From positions 384,001 through 448,000 of the forward strand of contig JBNKOC010000028.1 of the NCBI GenBank assembly GCA_050294405.1: DNA of 64,000 bases, given 5' to 3'. The notes beneath the pieces were generated by a model. The model had not been told where the DNA came from, did no database searches, and saw only the letters and a list, made by a program, of their open reading frames with translations. The translations under genes and the position numbers were made by a program. This document shows, piece by piece, positions 1 to 10,652 of the stretch (within the stretch, counting starts at the first letter, position 1; every line of letters starts with the position of its first letter). The stretch is from Fibrobacteria bacterium (GTDB lineage Bacteria; Fibrobacterota; Fibrobacteria; UBA11236; JADFYW01).

Positions 1-1061
1 TTAAACTCTGCGGGCGGTTTAAATACATAAATGTTTTCATCGGTGCGGTTGACACCCATAAAGACCTTGTACTTAGGTACATATTGAAAACGGCCGTAAG
101 TACCGCGGGAATTAGCGGAACTTGGGGTGACATTGTTGCTGGAGGCCAGAGTCACTTTGCTCCAGCGTTCTTCCTGCAAGTCAAGAGTATATACATCGGC
201 CCCGCCATCCCAAGCCACAAAATATCCTGAGTTAGGGTCGAAAACAAAACCAGGAGCCTGGGCGTTTTCTATTTCGGTGTCACCTGTTGTATTTAAGGAA
301 ACGGAGCGAGTTCCGGGTTCGCGGATTGAAAAAACTCTGGTTTCCCCATTGCCTAAGATTATGTATTTGCCGTGGCCCACTGCTGCCTTATAGTAGTATT
401 CTAGCCAACCGTCAGAGTAGGAACGGTGCCGGGTCCAGGTATCTGTTTCATCATCCCAGCTGGCGAAATCCGCATTGTTGCCCGCATCCAGTTTCCAGGC
501 CTTTCCGGTGGCATAATCAATAGCAGAAGTGGAGCCAGTGCCATTTCCAATAACATTGTTTTTAGGTTCCCATTCATTGGTTTCAAAATTAAAACAGTGG
601 TTTTTTGGGGTGCCCATGGCTGTAGGGTATTGCGCCGCGCCGCCAAAGGAACAAAACATATCACAGGAAGGAACGTATTGTATATAATCGTATGTATGCC
701 TGCTTCGAGGCGTTCCGTCGGGGTACTCGCCGGAGCGTTCATCCCCGCCCACATCTTCACTGGGTTCTGTGAGGCGTTCCCATTTTAATGTTTCAATGTC
801 AAATACATAAATTTCGTTTCCGGAATAATCTCCGTGGCCGCCACCCCAAATAATGAATCGTTCTCTTTTTGTATCATAAGCTCCCCCACTCCAGGCGTCC
901 ATAACTGCATCAAAGCCGCTGGCATTAGGCGGAAGCGGATTTGGTTGAACTTGTTCTAACTGGGAATTGGGTATTTCGTACCATTCCCCAGGAGTTAATT
1001 CCTCGAAGATATGTCCAAAAGCCATGGAAGCCACTAGGCTCCCTAGAATAATTAGCCGCAT
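1..1061 (-). CDS. Secreted kelch-like beta-propeller protein of unknown function, 3' end outside the window (not in the ORF track)
   Basis: Manual translation from ATG 1061 (GGAGG RBS upstream) gives MRLIILGSLVASMAFG-HIFEELTPGEWYEIPNS...AWSGGAYD...IIWGGGHGDYSGNEIYVFD...PRSRHTY...GTYGRFQYVP. The frame is open to base 1 (about 353 codons). It has a signal peptide and repeated (Y/F)D...W blade motifs. Confidence 0.85.
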   Translation of the reverse strand, partial: MRLIILGSLVASMAFGHIFEELTPGEWYEIPNSQLEQVQPNPLPPNASGFDAVMDAWSGGAYDTKRERFIIWGGGHGDYSGNEIYVFDIETLKWERLTEPSEDVGGDERSGEYPDGTPRSRHTYDYIQYVPSCDMFCSFGGAAQYPTAMGTPKNHCFNFETNEWEPKNNVIGNGTGSTSAIDYATGKAWKLDAGNNADFASWDDETDTWTRHRSYSDGWLEYYYKAAVGHGKYIILGNGETRVFSIREPGTRSVSLNTTGDTEIENAQAPGFVFDPNSGYFVAWDGGADVYTLDLQEERWSKVTLASSNNVTPSSANSRGTYGRFQYVPKYKVFMGVNRTDENIYVFKPPAEF

Positions 1062-1246
1062 GATTGCCTCCCGATAAGCGCGATATGCGTTAATTTTACT
1101 TTATTTAAATTGCAAAGATCAAAGTGAATCACTTTTAATTTGCCCCCTCCATTTATTGTAGCATTATTTTTGTCCCCGAAACTAATCTGTAAAAATTGGC
1201 CTAAAAAGGCAATAATTAGGCTTACGCCAGATAAAATCAGCGAAAT

Positions 1247-3736
1247 TTAAGGGGAGGGTTCCAGCGCTTTGATTTCTCTGAGACTTACGATGCCTCCTTT
1301 TGGAATGGAAATTCCCATTTTCATGATTCCCATGGCCACATCATCCCTGCCTTTTTGATGCCAGTATTTTCCCAAAAACTCGCAGGCTTTGATTTTGAGC
1401 ATGTTCACATCCAAAGGGATAAAACTTGGGCCTTCTTCCAGATCCAAAAGCCGTTGGTAATATACATAAGCCTCTTCCCAGTTGTTAAGAAATTCCTCAA
1501 TTTTAGCTTTTACAAACAAAGCCTCTCCAAAAGGTTTTTCTTTGTTTAAGGAAAACTGAATAACCTCTTTGGCTTCCGTATACATTTTAAGCTCGCCTAA
1601 CGCAGCGGCTACCTTTATGGGCACAGCTTCCACAATATGGGGGTTGTTTCCCATGCTTTCAGCCAATTGCAGTGCTTTTTTAAATTGTTCAATAGCTTCT
1701 TTGTAATTTTTTAAATCCATATTCGCCATGGCCAAGGTGTACCAGGTGACAGCGGTTACATGGTTGTTGTCCTCAATTTGCTTCTCCAGAATGGTTTTGT
1801 TTCGCTCTTGTTTGCCAATATTGGAAAGCGGGTCTGAGTACCCCCTATGAATAATTTTTATTCTTTTGTATTCAACCTCTATTTTCGCCTCTTCCAGCGC
1901 AGGTAGGATTTGCTCGTGAATGGGAGAAGAAAACCTTAAGTCCTCCCGATTAGGAAAAAGCCGGATTTGATTAAAAATGCTGCCGGTTTTGCCTCCATCG
2001 GAGCTGTTGTGCACTAAAAAACCATAGGCCTTGGGGTTTTGCAAATTGAGGTTTTTTCTTAGGCCTGATATTAATCGCCCATCTTCTGGAGTTAGCACAT
2101 CATCGGCATCCAGCCAGAATATGTAATCCCCTGCGGCCTTTTCAATGGAATGGTTTCGGGCTTTGGAAAAGTCAAAATCCCAGGGCCTTTCAAAGACTTT
2201 TGCCCCATAGCTTTTGGCAATGTTTATGGTTCCATCACTGGAACCAGTATCTACAATTATAATTTCCTGAAAAATGTTTTTAACGGATTCCAGACAATGG
2301 CCTAAATTTTTTTCTTCATTTTTAACAATCATGCAAAGGCTAATATTGGGAAGAGTTGTGTTTGAAGTGGTTTTTTTTTCGAATACCGGACCAAATTGAA
2401 AATTTGGAATATTTGTTTTGGCCTTTTCCTGTAAATCTTCAAATTGAATTTGCTGGCCAGTTATTTGGTAGAGCTCGAGCAAATAAGTATACAATTTTGG
2501 ATTGCTTTTGGGATTGAGCTCAATTCCTTTTAATAAACTGCTTTCCGCTTCAATGTACTTCTCCAATTTGATCAGGCATAATCCCTTTTTTTCCCACGCT
2601 TCAATAATATCCGGGTAATGGCTTTCCATTTGGTTGAGAACTGGCAGCGCCTTGGCAAATTCATTTTGTTTAATGTAAATGTTAGACAAATGGTGAAAAC
2701 TGAAAATCCGAAACAAATCATATTGGTTGGCAGCCGAGCTATAGCGAAGAGGCATGTTAATTACTTTTTGATAATGGTTTTCCGCTTCCTTTAAATTGTT
2801 ACATTCCTCGGCTATTTCCCCTAAATGGAAAATAGGCTCCATTTGTTCAGGGTTTATATTGAGGGATTCCCTTAGCCACTTTTGGGCTTCGGAGTAATTT
2901 TTTAATTTTTTATACCCTATGCCGATATAAGTGGGAAGGGTGTAATAAACATCATTATTAATTTCTTTTAGGTTTGGAATTTCATAAGCCAGCTTATAGG
3001 CCCTTATCCCTTCCTCCCAATTTTCAAGAATAAAATTGGAGTCTCCAAGGCTCATGGTAAAGGTGGGATCCACTCCTGCCAGTTGCATTTCGCTTTTGGC
3101 CAGATCCAGGTTTCTTAAGGCTTTGGTTTTTTTAAGGTTTTCGTCTTCGTATCCCGTGTGGTAAATTTTGGTTTCAAGATAAAAACAATACAGCCCTAAA
3201 TCTGCCGCAGAATAAACAATTTGTTCGTGAATTTTTCTTTGGAACCGGAGTTTGGGGTGATTGGGAAACATGCGGATTTGCATGAATCTTGCTCCAACTG
3301 GTTTACCAGCCTGGGTGTTAATAACCTGAAATCCAAACATGCGGTCCATAACCGCAGTTTTTAATTTTAACAAATCAGGGACGCTCTCCTCGGGGACCCG
3401 GTCGTCCGCATCCATCCATATGACCCAACTGGATGTGGCCTTTTCAATAGCCTGATTACGAGCCAGGCTGAAATCGTTTTTCCATTCACTTTGAAACCAT
3501 TTGACTCCAAGGTTTTTTAGTAGGTCCTGAGTTCCATCGGTGGAACCTGTATCATTAACCACAATTTCATCGGCAAAGGCGCTAAAGGATTCAACAGCCT
3601 TAGCGATGTTATTCACTTCATTTTTTACAATCATCACTACCGATAAAGTATTGGCTTTGTAAGGAAGGGTTAAAGGCTTCTTAATCCTGCCAAATTTGCT
3701 CCTTAAATCGGAACCGCTGTAAAATTGATGGTCCAT
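1247..3736 (-). CDS. Tandem GT2-TPR-GT2-TPR glycosyltransferase (SunS/GmaR-like GT-A domains)
   Basis: Two copies of the S(V/L)xMIVKNE...DTGSxD...FSxARN...W(M/L)DADD...IHEQ...HxGY motif set, each followed by TPR-like helical repeats. Confidence 0.9.
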   Translation of the reverse strand: MDHQFYSGSDLRSKFGRIKKPLTLPYKANTLSVVMIVKNEVNNIAKAVESFSAFADEIVVNDTGSTDGTQDLLKNLGVKWFQSEWKNDFSLARNQAIEKATSSWVIWMDADDRVPEESVPDLLKLKTAVMDRMFGFQVINTQAGKPVGARFMQIRMFPNHPKLRFQRKIHEQIVYSAADLGLYCFYLETKIYHTGYEDENLKKTKALRNLDLAKSEMQLAGVDPTFTMSLGDSNFILENWEEGIRAYKLAYEIPNLKEINNDVYYTLPTYIGIGYKKLKNYSEAQKWLRESLNINPEQMEPIFHLGEIAEECNNLKEAENHYQKVINMPLRYSSAANQYDLFRIFSFHHLSNIYIKQNEFAKALPVLNQMESHYPDIIEAWEKKGLCLIKLEKYIEAESSLLKGIELNPKSNPKLYTYLLELYQITGQQIQFEDLQEKAKTNIPNFQFGPVFEKKTTSNTTLPNISLCMIVKNEEKNLGHCLESVKNIFQEIIIVDTGSSDGTINIAKSYGAKVFERPWDFDFSKARNHSIEKAAGDYIFWLDADDVLTPEDGRLISGLRKNLNLQNPKAYGFLVHNSSDGGKTGSIFNQIRLFPNREDLRFSSPIHEQILPALEEAKIEVEYKRIKIIHRGYSDPLSNIGKQERNKTILEKQIEDNNHVTAVTWYTLAMANMDLKNYKEAIEQFKKALQLAESMGNNPHIVEAVPIKVAAALGELKMYTEAKEVIQFSLNKEKPFGEALFVKAKIEEFLNNWEEAYVYYQRLLDLEEGPSFIPLDVNMLKIKACEFLGKYWHQKGRDDVAMGIMKMGISIPKGGIVSLREIKALEPSP

Positions 3737-3741
3737 GTTTT

Positions 3742-6378
3742 TTAGTTAGTGCCCTGTATTTTAATTTCAAGTTGGTCTTTTAATTTTAGCAGCTCTCCGT
3801 TCAAATTGGGAATTAGTTCGATGTCTTCAAAAGCCTGCTTAAAATTTTTATGGGAGTTTAAATATTCAGTGAAATAAAAAATTAAAGTGGGATCGTTGGG
3901 AAAATGAAAAAGAGCGTTAATATAAGTCATGTATGGATCCCCCAAATTGCTATGAGGAGGCGTTTCTTCAAGAGACTTGGCAATAAAAGCTTCTATGATT
4001 CCCGATTTGTATTGTATGGAAGAGTTTTGGGAGTAAAAGTCTAAAATTTCCTGATAGCGTTTTTGGGTAAAAAGCAGTTCCAAATAGTCTTCCCAATTTT
4101 TTAAGTCGTCGGGAAAGGCATCCAGCAATTCCAAATGGTATTTTTCCAGCTCTTCCCACAATTCAAAATGGATGTATATCTCCCTGGGCAGTTCCAAGTC
4201 AATAGGAAAATTGGAAATTCCCATTTTGCGGAGTTGAGATAATCGGGATAAAATCTCTTCTTTTTCTTTTGTGTTCCGGGACCATAAAAGTAAAACTAAC
4301 ATTCCCAGCGCATTTTTTTGTATGGTCAGGTTGTCAGAAGCTACTATAGAGATAAGGGCGGGGTTATCTGCTATATATCTGAGATGTTTGAACGCAATAT
4401 CACTATTATTTTTTTCTAAAGACCTTTTGGCCAGCCAATAATTAGAATAAAAATTTCCAGGTCCCCACTGACTGGCAATGGCGTGCCAGGATTCGCATAA
4501 ATCCAATTGATCCAACTTTTCAAAACAATTGGCGATGTGCAGTGGCAGCGATTTTAAAATGGGGTTCGATGGACTGGGGGAACTCATGTTTAAATTATGT
4601 ACAGCTAATATCTGATTGTAGATTTCCACGGCCTTGCCGTATTCTCCACGTTGGTAATAACAATTGCCAAGCTCAAGAGCTACAGCCGGTTCCTTTGGGT
4701 TTTCCAAATATTCTTTTTGAAGTAGATGGAAATTTCTCTTAAGTTTTTCGTCTCTATCTTTTTTTTCAAAGTATCCTGTATGAGTGATATTAATAGAAAC
4801 ATCTTCTATTTGAATGTTGTTTTTAAGAATAGAAGTGGCCAGTTGCTCATGAATTTTGCCTTCGAAAAATATATCGGGGTGGTTGGGGATCAATCTTATT
4901 TGAGAAAAACAATCTTTTGCACCTGTGTCTCTGGGGCTTTCGATTATAAAGCGATAAGCCTTTATATTTTCCTGTGACTCCAGGGATTGGTTAGGATTTA
5001 CTTTGGCCGGCAATTGTTGCAGTAATTGTGATATTGATAGCCAAAAATTTTCCCCTGGCCTGTCATCTGCGTCCAACCATAATATATAAGGGCGTTTTGC
5101 CTGTCTTAAAGAAAAATTCCGAGCTTCCGAAAAGTCTTGGTTCCATTTAAAGTGATGCGTGTTAATTCCTAAAATTTTTAAAATATTCAGACTGTTATCC
5201 GAGCTTCCCGTATCTACGATAACCCAATCCACACTGGGAATGGGAATTGCCTTTGCTAATTCCTTTATGTTTTTTTCTTCGTTTTTAATAATTGTGCAAA
5301 TAGACAGGCGTTTTAAGCCTGGATATTCCTGTTGGTAAAGCGAAGGAATATCTATTTTTTTTCTATCGCTGAGAGATACATCAATTTGCCTTAACAAATA
5401 TTCAGCACCTTTAAAAATGGATTTCCAATCGGTGGGAATAGTCCAGTTAAAACTTTGATGCCTAAGACATTCTTCCAGATATATTTTGGCTTCATCTAAA
5501 TGATCTGTTACTAACAATAGCTTGCCATATTCAAATAAATACTGGGGATTCTCCAGGCCCTCTTTAATATGGCTTTTAAAAAATTGCAGGCCCTCTTCAA
5601 ATTTGTTTTGAAATCCTAAAATTTGCCCGTAGTAAATATGGGAGGCTACCCATACATCCTGTTGTACATGTTTATTCTGAGCTCGGCCGATTATTTCTTT
5701 TAATAGTTTAAGGGCTTTGGGGTAATCCTTTTCAATTTGATAGGTTCTGGCAAGGGAAAAAATATTTGCGGAAAGGCATCTTCCTTCGGCATATAGCTTT
5801 TCAAGAATTTTTTTGTTACGGAGTTTTTTTTGCTCCAATATTTTCTCATTCTCATATCCGTAGTGGTAAATAGGAATGCTTTGGTGAAAAACCTTTAGGC
5901 CTTTTTTTAGTACAGACTGGGAAAGCGACTCATGGATTGCGCCATTAAACTCCAATCCCTGGAAATTTGGAAAAAGCCGTATTTGATTAAACTGGTTAAA
6001 GGAACCGTCGTCCAAGTTGGATATAATTTCAAAACTATATACATTGGTTGAATCCAGGTTGAGAAGGTTTTGTATCAGCCACTTCGCTGTTTTATCAGGC
6101 ATAACATCATCCGCATCCATCCATAGGACCCAGGATCCTTTACATTTGGAAAGGGATAAATTGCGGGCCTTGGAAAAATCCTGTTCCCACTTACTTTGCC
6201 ATATATCACAGCCAAATTTTTTGCAAAGCTCCACAGTTCGGTCTGTGCTGCCGGTATCATTTACAACTATTTGAATTTCTAAATTTTTTCTGATATGTTC
6301 CAACGAACTAAACAACTTGGGCAGGTTGTCCTGCTCATTCTTAACAATTGTGGAAATAGATAAAATGGGCTGACTCAT
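3742..6378 (-). CDS. Tandem GT2-TPR-GT2-TPR glycosyltransferase
   Basis: Domain 1 motifs: LSISTIVKNE/WMDADD/IHES/HYGY. Domain 2 motifs: LSICTIIKNE/WLDADD/IHEQ/HTGY. TPR-like segments lie between and after them. Confidence 0.9.
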   Translation of the reverse strand: MSQPILSISTIVKNEQDNLPKLFSSLEHIRKNLEIQIVVNDTGSTDRTVELCKKFGCDIWQSKWEQDFSKARNLSLSKCKGSWVLWMDADDVMPDKTAKWLIQNLLNLDSTNVYSFEIISNLDDGSFNQFNQIRLFPNFQGLEFNGAIHESLSQSVLKKGLKVFHQSIPIYHYGYENEKILEQKKLRNKKILEKLYAEGRCLSANIFSLARTYQIEKDYPKALKLLKEIIGRAQNKHVQQDVWVASHIYYGQILGFQNKFEEGLQFFKSHIKEGLENPQYLFEYGKLLLVTDHLDEAKIYLEECLRHQSFNWTIPTDWKSIFKGAEYLLRQIDVSLSDRKKIDIPSLYQQEYPGLKRLSICTIIKNEEKNIKELAKAIPIPSVDWVIVDTGSSDNSLNILKILGINTHHFKWNQDFSEARNFSLRQAKRPYILWLDADDRPGENFWLSISQLLQQLPAKVNPNQSLESQENIKAYRFIIESPRDTGAKDCFSQIRLIPNHPDIFFEGKIHEQLATSILKNNIQIEDVSINITHTGYFEKKDRDEKLKRNFHLLQKEYLENPKEPAVALELGNCYYQRGEYGKAVEIYNQILAVHNLNMSSPSPSNPILKSLPLHIANCFEKLDQLDLCESWHAIASQWGPGNFYSNYWLAKRSLEKNNSDIAFKHLRYIADNPALISIVASDNLTIQKNALGMLVLLLWSRNTKEKEEILSRLSQLRKMGISNFPIDLELPREIYIHFELWEELEKYHLELLDAFPDDLKNWEDYLELLFTQKRYQEILDFYSQNSSIQYKSGIIEAFIAKSLEETPPHSNLGDPYMTYINALFHFPNDPTLIFYFTEYLNSHKNFKQAFEDIELIPNLNGELLKLKDQLEIKIQGTN

Positions 6379-6406
6379 AACTCCCTAAAATTTGCCACAG
6401 TGGTAA

Positions 6407-6426
6407 AAGGGATATAAATATCCCTT
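6407..6426 (-). terminator. Intra-operon hairpin, possible weak terminator or mRNA-processing/stabilising element
   Basis: AAGGGATA-TAAA-TATCCCTT forms an 8-bp stem in the 69-bp gap between two GT genes. The U-run on the minus strand is short. Confidence 0.35.
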
Positions 6427-6447
6427 GAGCTCCATAATTTGATTATA

Positions 6448-9400
6448 CTATTCGGCTGAAAAGGAGTCTAGCGCTTCGCGAATATCCTTTAAACTGGGGT
6501 CAATTTGCAGAGCGTTTTGCAAATGATGTATTACTTGCTTTTGACTGTTCATGGACTTGGAGTTTTCCCAAAGGTTAAGCAAGCTATCTTCGTCCAGGGG
6601 GTTTAAAAGCACGGCTGCTTCAAAAAGCCGATGTGCATCAGGGTTCATTTTACGCTTGTAGGCGATTACACCTAATCCGTTGATGGCCTTATAATTTTGG
6701 GGGTTTAAATCTAATGCATCCAAATAACTCAATGTGGCTTCATCCAAATTTCCAGCTTTCAAATGCTGGTCTCCATCCATAATTTTTTGTTGAGAGGAGT
6801 CTGCCTCTTCAAAATTATTGAGTTGGTAGATGTTTTCGCCCTTTTCGGAGATTAAATGGAGTATTTCCACCGCTTCTCTGCATCCGGGCTCCACCCGTAG
6901 GGCTTCATCCAGAATTGTCCGGAATTCCTCTATATTTTTGATAGCCAAACAGGCGTCAAAACCGTTAACCAAGGCGTCCACATAGGCTGGATTGATTAAA
7001 AGGGCCTTCTTAAAAAACTCCCAGGCAAGGGTCGCATCTTTTTTGTACCAGCTGATGAGACCCATGTTATTCAAGGAACGAAAATTTTGGGAATCTTCTG
7101 CCAATACAGATTGAAATAAATTTTCAGCTTTTTCAAGCAATCCTTCGCGAATGAGGTTTTCTCCGGCAATGTTTTTTTCTCTGGATGCTATAATTTTTTC
7201 AGCATCCCAGCTGCCTTCATTAGCCTCCAGTTTTAATTGCTGAAAAATCTGATAGGGCTCGGGAAGGCTAGCGGCTTTTCCAGGATAAGAAAAAACTTTG
7301 TTGAGGGTTCCCAGAACTTCTCCTTTTTTTCCCAGGGTAATACCGGCATCGCAATAGTTCACTAAAGTATCTTCGTCGAACAGGTTAAAGCTCAGGCTTT
7401 TTTCAAAATGATTCCAGGCCATTTGAGCGTCTGAACATTGGTAGGCGATAATACCGAGGCTATTGTAACAAAAAGCGAGTTGTTCCTGGTTTTGGATCAG
7501 GTTTTCCAATACATCAATGGCTTCGTGGTAACGCTTTTCCTGTATCAATTCTTCAATATGCTTTTGCCAGTGGTTTTTATCCATTTTGGGGCTTTGTTCT
7601 ACCGCTTTGCCAAATACTTTATTGTTTGGAAATTGGGTTATAAAAGCGTTAAGGCACGCTTCTGTTTCTTCGGCGCTACAGCCTTTGTTTAATACATCAA
7701 TAATATTTTGAGCTGTATCCGGATCATCGGGCTTTAAGCTAAGGGCCCGTTTAAAAAAACTAAGGGCATCTGCATAGTTTTCTAAATGGAAGGAAATTAT
7801 TCCAAGTCCGTTTAACCCGTCAAAGTTGCGGGGGTCGTTTTCCACCATGGACAAATACATGGCTTTGGCTTTTTCAAAATCACCTTCGTGGTATGCCGCT
7901 CCTGCTTCTTCCGCAAAATTTATTTCCGATGTAACCATATCCGAATCCTCCATTTGAGTATCGGCCAGGGCGGCAACACCCCGACTCCATTTTTCCTGGA
8001 ATTTTTTCAAATTTTCACTCATTAAGTTCTTCCAATCTACAGATTGGTGTGAATAACTCACGCTCCCAAAGTGAAATACAAAACTATCGTTGGCCACCAG
8101 TAATTGATAACCCCTGTACCTTGCCCTTAAGCAATAGTCATCATCCTCAAAATTTCCCTTTCCATAACGTTCATCAAAAAAGCCAATGTCCTTGAAAGCC
8201 TTTTTAGATATTAACATACAAAAGCCGGTGATTCGTTCGAACTCAAAAGCGCTTAAGTTGTTTGATGTTTGCCAGTTTGTTGAAAAGTCTTTTATATCTT
8301 CTTCAGTTTTAATAGGGCAGTCTTCAATTTTTTGGGGTCCGCTAATGTTATTGCTGCGGGGCCCCACAATTCCAATTTTGGGATTGCACTCGGCCAGGCG
8401 AACCATGTTTTCAAGCCAATTTGGATGAACAATAGTATCGTTGTTAAAAATCAATACATAATCACCTGTGGCTAACTTAAGCCCTTGGTTCCAGCCTTTG
8501 GCAACTCCTAAATTTTCTCGGTTAATAATTACTTTTGCATCGGGAAGGCTATTAAAATATTCTGCAGTGTTGTCCTGGCTTCCATTGTCCACTAATATCA
8601 ATTCGTATTTTTGCCGGGTGTTTTCAATTATAGAGTCTATACATTTTTTAGTATACCCAACTTGGTTGAATCCCAAAATGATAATGGACACCTTTTTATC
8701 CAACGCGTATTCCTCGCTGCGAGGTTCGCAATCAATTTGAATCCCCTCTCCCACCTCTCCAGCGGGGTTACTGGGTTCTTTTTCTTTTAAGCCAAAACTC
8801 TCAGCGCCATGTATGTAATAGCCATTATTCCATAGCCCTTCTTTGGCCTTTTGTATTGGGTTGGAATTTGCCAAAGCTGAGGGGGAACTGTTGTTTTCCC
8901 CGCTCTTTGATGGTGATATCCACAATACCAGCAATTTTTTTAAGTCTGGACACAGCTCTTTAATTCGCTTTAAATCCTCCTGGTACTGTGCCATGTCTTC
9001 AGTTGAATGCCGATATATTAAACATTCCAATGGTTGGGGAGTTGTTTGATTTCCTTCGGCAGTCCAAAAGTTGTGAAGCCCGGTTTTGGTAAAAGCCGTA
9101 TGTTGGTATCGGTTTAAATAGTTTCTTAAGCTTTCGGGGTATGCTGCAAAATTTTCTGTACTACCGGGTTTCGCCTCCACGCCTTCCTGGCTGTTTTTCC
9201 ACAGGACAGCGGGAAGCTGTCTGCTTTTTTCACTGCTATTGATTAGTTCCTGGAGGGAATTTTTGCCTTTTTTTGCCTTTCCAAGGGCTTCCATAACTTT
9301 TGTTTTGGAACCCACTATGCACAGTTTATCGAATTGAACATGGGGGCTTTCTAAATCGGACTTTTGAGGAATGTTTATAATTCCATCAGGGCTTTGTTTC

Positions 9401-10629
9401 GTATTGGCTAATACGTGATGAAAGTGAGAACTGAAAACCATTCCCGCTCTGCATATAATTAGATTTTCCTGTTGGGCCAGCATAATAGCTGACAGCAGCG
9501 CTTTTCCGCTTTCTGTTTGCGCGGGAAGGTTCAAGCTGGTTACACTTTGCCCATTGTCCGTTTCAAAATGTTTGGATCCATGATAACATACAATAACGTC
9601 CATTTCCTCTTCCAATAAAATACTGTCCAGAGTGCTTTGCAACGATTGAATTAGGTCCGAAGAATTCACGTATATTATCCAACTGGCAGGAGATTTGTTT
9701 TCATGTAAGGCGAAATCATTAATGGAATTCAATTGGATTCTGCCTTTGTTACTGGGAGTAAACCAATCCATTCCCCAAATTTCTCTGGAGCTGGGGACCT
9801 TGGCTTCATCGCCGTAATGGCGCACCAGTTTTTCATAAAGAGCATTAGTGGACTCCTCCACCAGTTTGTTGACTTTTTCGGAACTTTCGGTTTTAAAGCT
9901 TTTTTGTCCTTCGTGGAAAATATAAGTATCTGTGGCCACTACCATTTTTAATCCCTGCTCCTGCAAACGCCAACTTATATCCAGATCATCATTGCCCAGG
10001 AATAGATTGGGATCCATCTTCCCCATTTTATTAAACAGGCTGCGGGGAATCATAAGGCAAAATCCAATAAGCAATTTCGTGGTTAAGCCCTGTCCTTTAT
10101 TTTTTTGGCTTATTTCCCGGGAAAGCTCTATGATTTGTTCGGGCGAGTGGATTCGCATTTGGGTAAAGGCTTCGTATTTTTGAAGTCCGGCCACATAGTT
10201 GGATAAGGGGCCAACGGCTCCTACGTCTTTGTGAACAAAATGGGAGGCCATGTTGTCCAGCCAATTTGGGGTAACCTGCGTATCGGGATTTAAAAAAACC
10301 AAATACTCACCTGTGGCAACCTCGCTACCTATATTGCACGCCTTTGAATATCCCATGTTGTCTTCATTAAAAATCCACTGGACTTTGGGAAAAATTTCTT
10401 TTAGTTGAGAAGTACTGTCTTTGGAATTATTGTCTACTACAATAATCTCAGCGTCTTCGCTGTTGTATAATTCCAGCGACTTTAAACAATCCAATAGATT
10501 TTCACGGCAGTTGTAACTGACAATGATAACGGAATATTTTGCCTTAAATGTTTTCACCAGAATTGGAGAGTTTTTCTTTGAAGCCGAAACACTGCCGTTG
10601 CCTTCGGCCACCCGTTGAGGTTCTCTCAT
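6448..10629 (-). CDS. Large multi-domain glycosyltransferase: two GT2 (WbbL-like) domains, a degenerate middle region and a long C-terminal TPR array
   Basis: Domain 1 motifs: SVIIVSYN/VVDNNSKD/FLNPDT/DDLDISWR. Domain 2 motifs: SIIILGFN/LVDNGSQD/IFNNDT/EDDDYCLR. About 480 aa of NxLG...A...F..AL..P TPR repeats follow. Confidence 0.9.
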   Translation of the reverse strand: MREPQRVAEGNGSVSASKKNSPILVKTFKAKYSVIIVSYNCRENLLDCLKSLELYNSEDAEIIVVDNNSKDSTSQLKEIFPKVQWIFNEDNMGYSKACNIGSEVATGEYLVFLNPDTQVTPNWLDNMASHFVHKDVGAVGPLSNYVAGLQKYEAFTQMRIHSPEQIIELSREISQKNKGQGLTTKLLIGFCLMIPRSLFNKMGKMDPNLFLGNDDLDISWRLQEQGLKMVVATDTYIFHEGQKSFKTESSEKVNKLVEESTNALYEKLVRHYGDEAKVPSSREIWGMDWFTPSNKGRIQLNSINDFALHENKSPASWIIYVNSSDLIQSLQSTLDSILLEEEMDVIVCYHGSKHFETDNGQSVTSLNLPAQTESGKALLSAIMLAQQENLIICRAGMVFSSHFHHVLANTKQSPDGIINIPQKSDLESPHVQFDKLCIVGSKTKVMEALGKAKKGKNSLQELINSSEKSRQLPAVLWKNSQEGVEAKPGSTENFAAYPESLRNYLNRYQHTAFTKTGLHNFWTAEGNQTTPQPLECLIYRHSTEDMAQYQEDLKRIKELCPDLKKLLVLWISPSKSGENNSSPSALANSNPIQKAKEGLWNNGYYIHGAESFGLKEKEPSNPAGEVGEGIQIDCEPRSEEYALDKKVSIIILGFNQVGYTKKCIDSIIENTRQKYELILVDNGSQDNTAEYFNSLPDAKVIINRENLGVAKGWNQGLKLATGDYVLIFNNDTIVHPNWLENMVRLAECNPKIGIVGPRSNNISGPQKIEDCPIKTEEDIKDFSTNWQTSNNLSAFEFERITGFCMLISKKAFKDIGFFDERYGKGNFEDDDYCLRARYRGYQLLVANDSFVFHFGSVSYSHQSVDWKNLMSENLKKFQEKWSRGVAALADTQMEDSDMVTSEINFAEEAGAAYHEGDFEKAKAMYLSMVENDPRNFDGLNGLGIISFHLENYADALSFFKRALSLKPDDPDTAQNIIDVLNKGCSAEETEACLNAFITQFPNNKVFGKAVEQSPKMDKNHWQKHIEELIQEKRYHEAIDVLENLIQNQEQLAFCYNSLGIIAYQCSDAQMAWNHFEKSLSFNLFDEDTLVNYCDAGITLGKKGEVLGTLNKVFSYPGKAASLPEPYQIFQQLKLEANEGSWDAEKIIASREKNIAGENLIREGLLEKAENLFQSVLAEDSQNFRSLNNMGLISWYKKDATLAWEFFKKALLINPAYVDALVNGFDACLAIKNIEEFRTILDEALRVEPGCREAVEILHLISEKGENIYQLNNFEEADSSQQKIMDGDQHLKAGNLDEATLSYLDALDLNPQNYKAINGLGVIAYKRKMNPDAHRLFEAAVLLNPLDEDSLLNLWENSKSMNSQKQVIHHLQNALQIDPSLKDIREALDSFSAE

Positions 10630-10652
10630 TTTATTTCCTCTTTATTATATGA

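Noticed and set aside
127..788. Four short ORFs in the track at the window start
   Set aside because: They are shadows of the real minus-strand gene 1-1061, which has an RBS, a signal peptide and coherent motifs.
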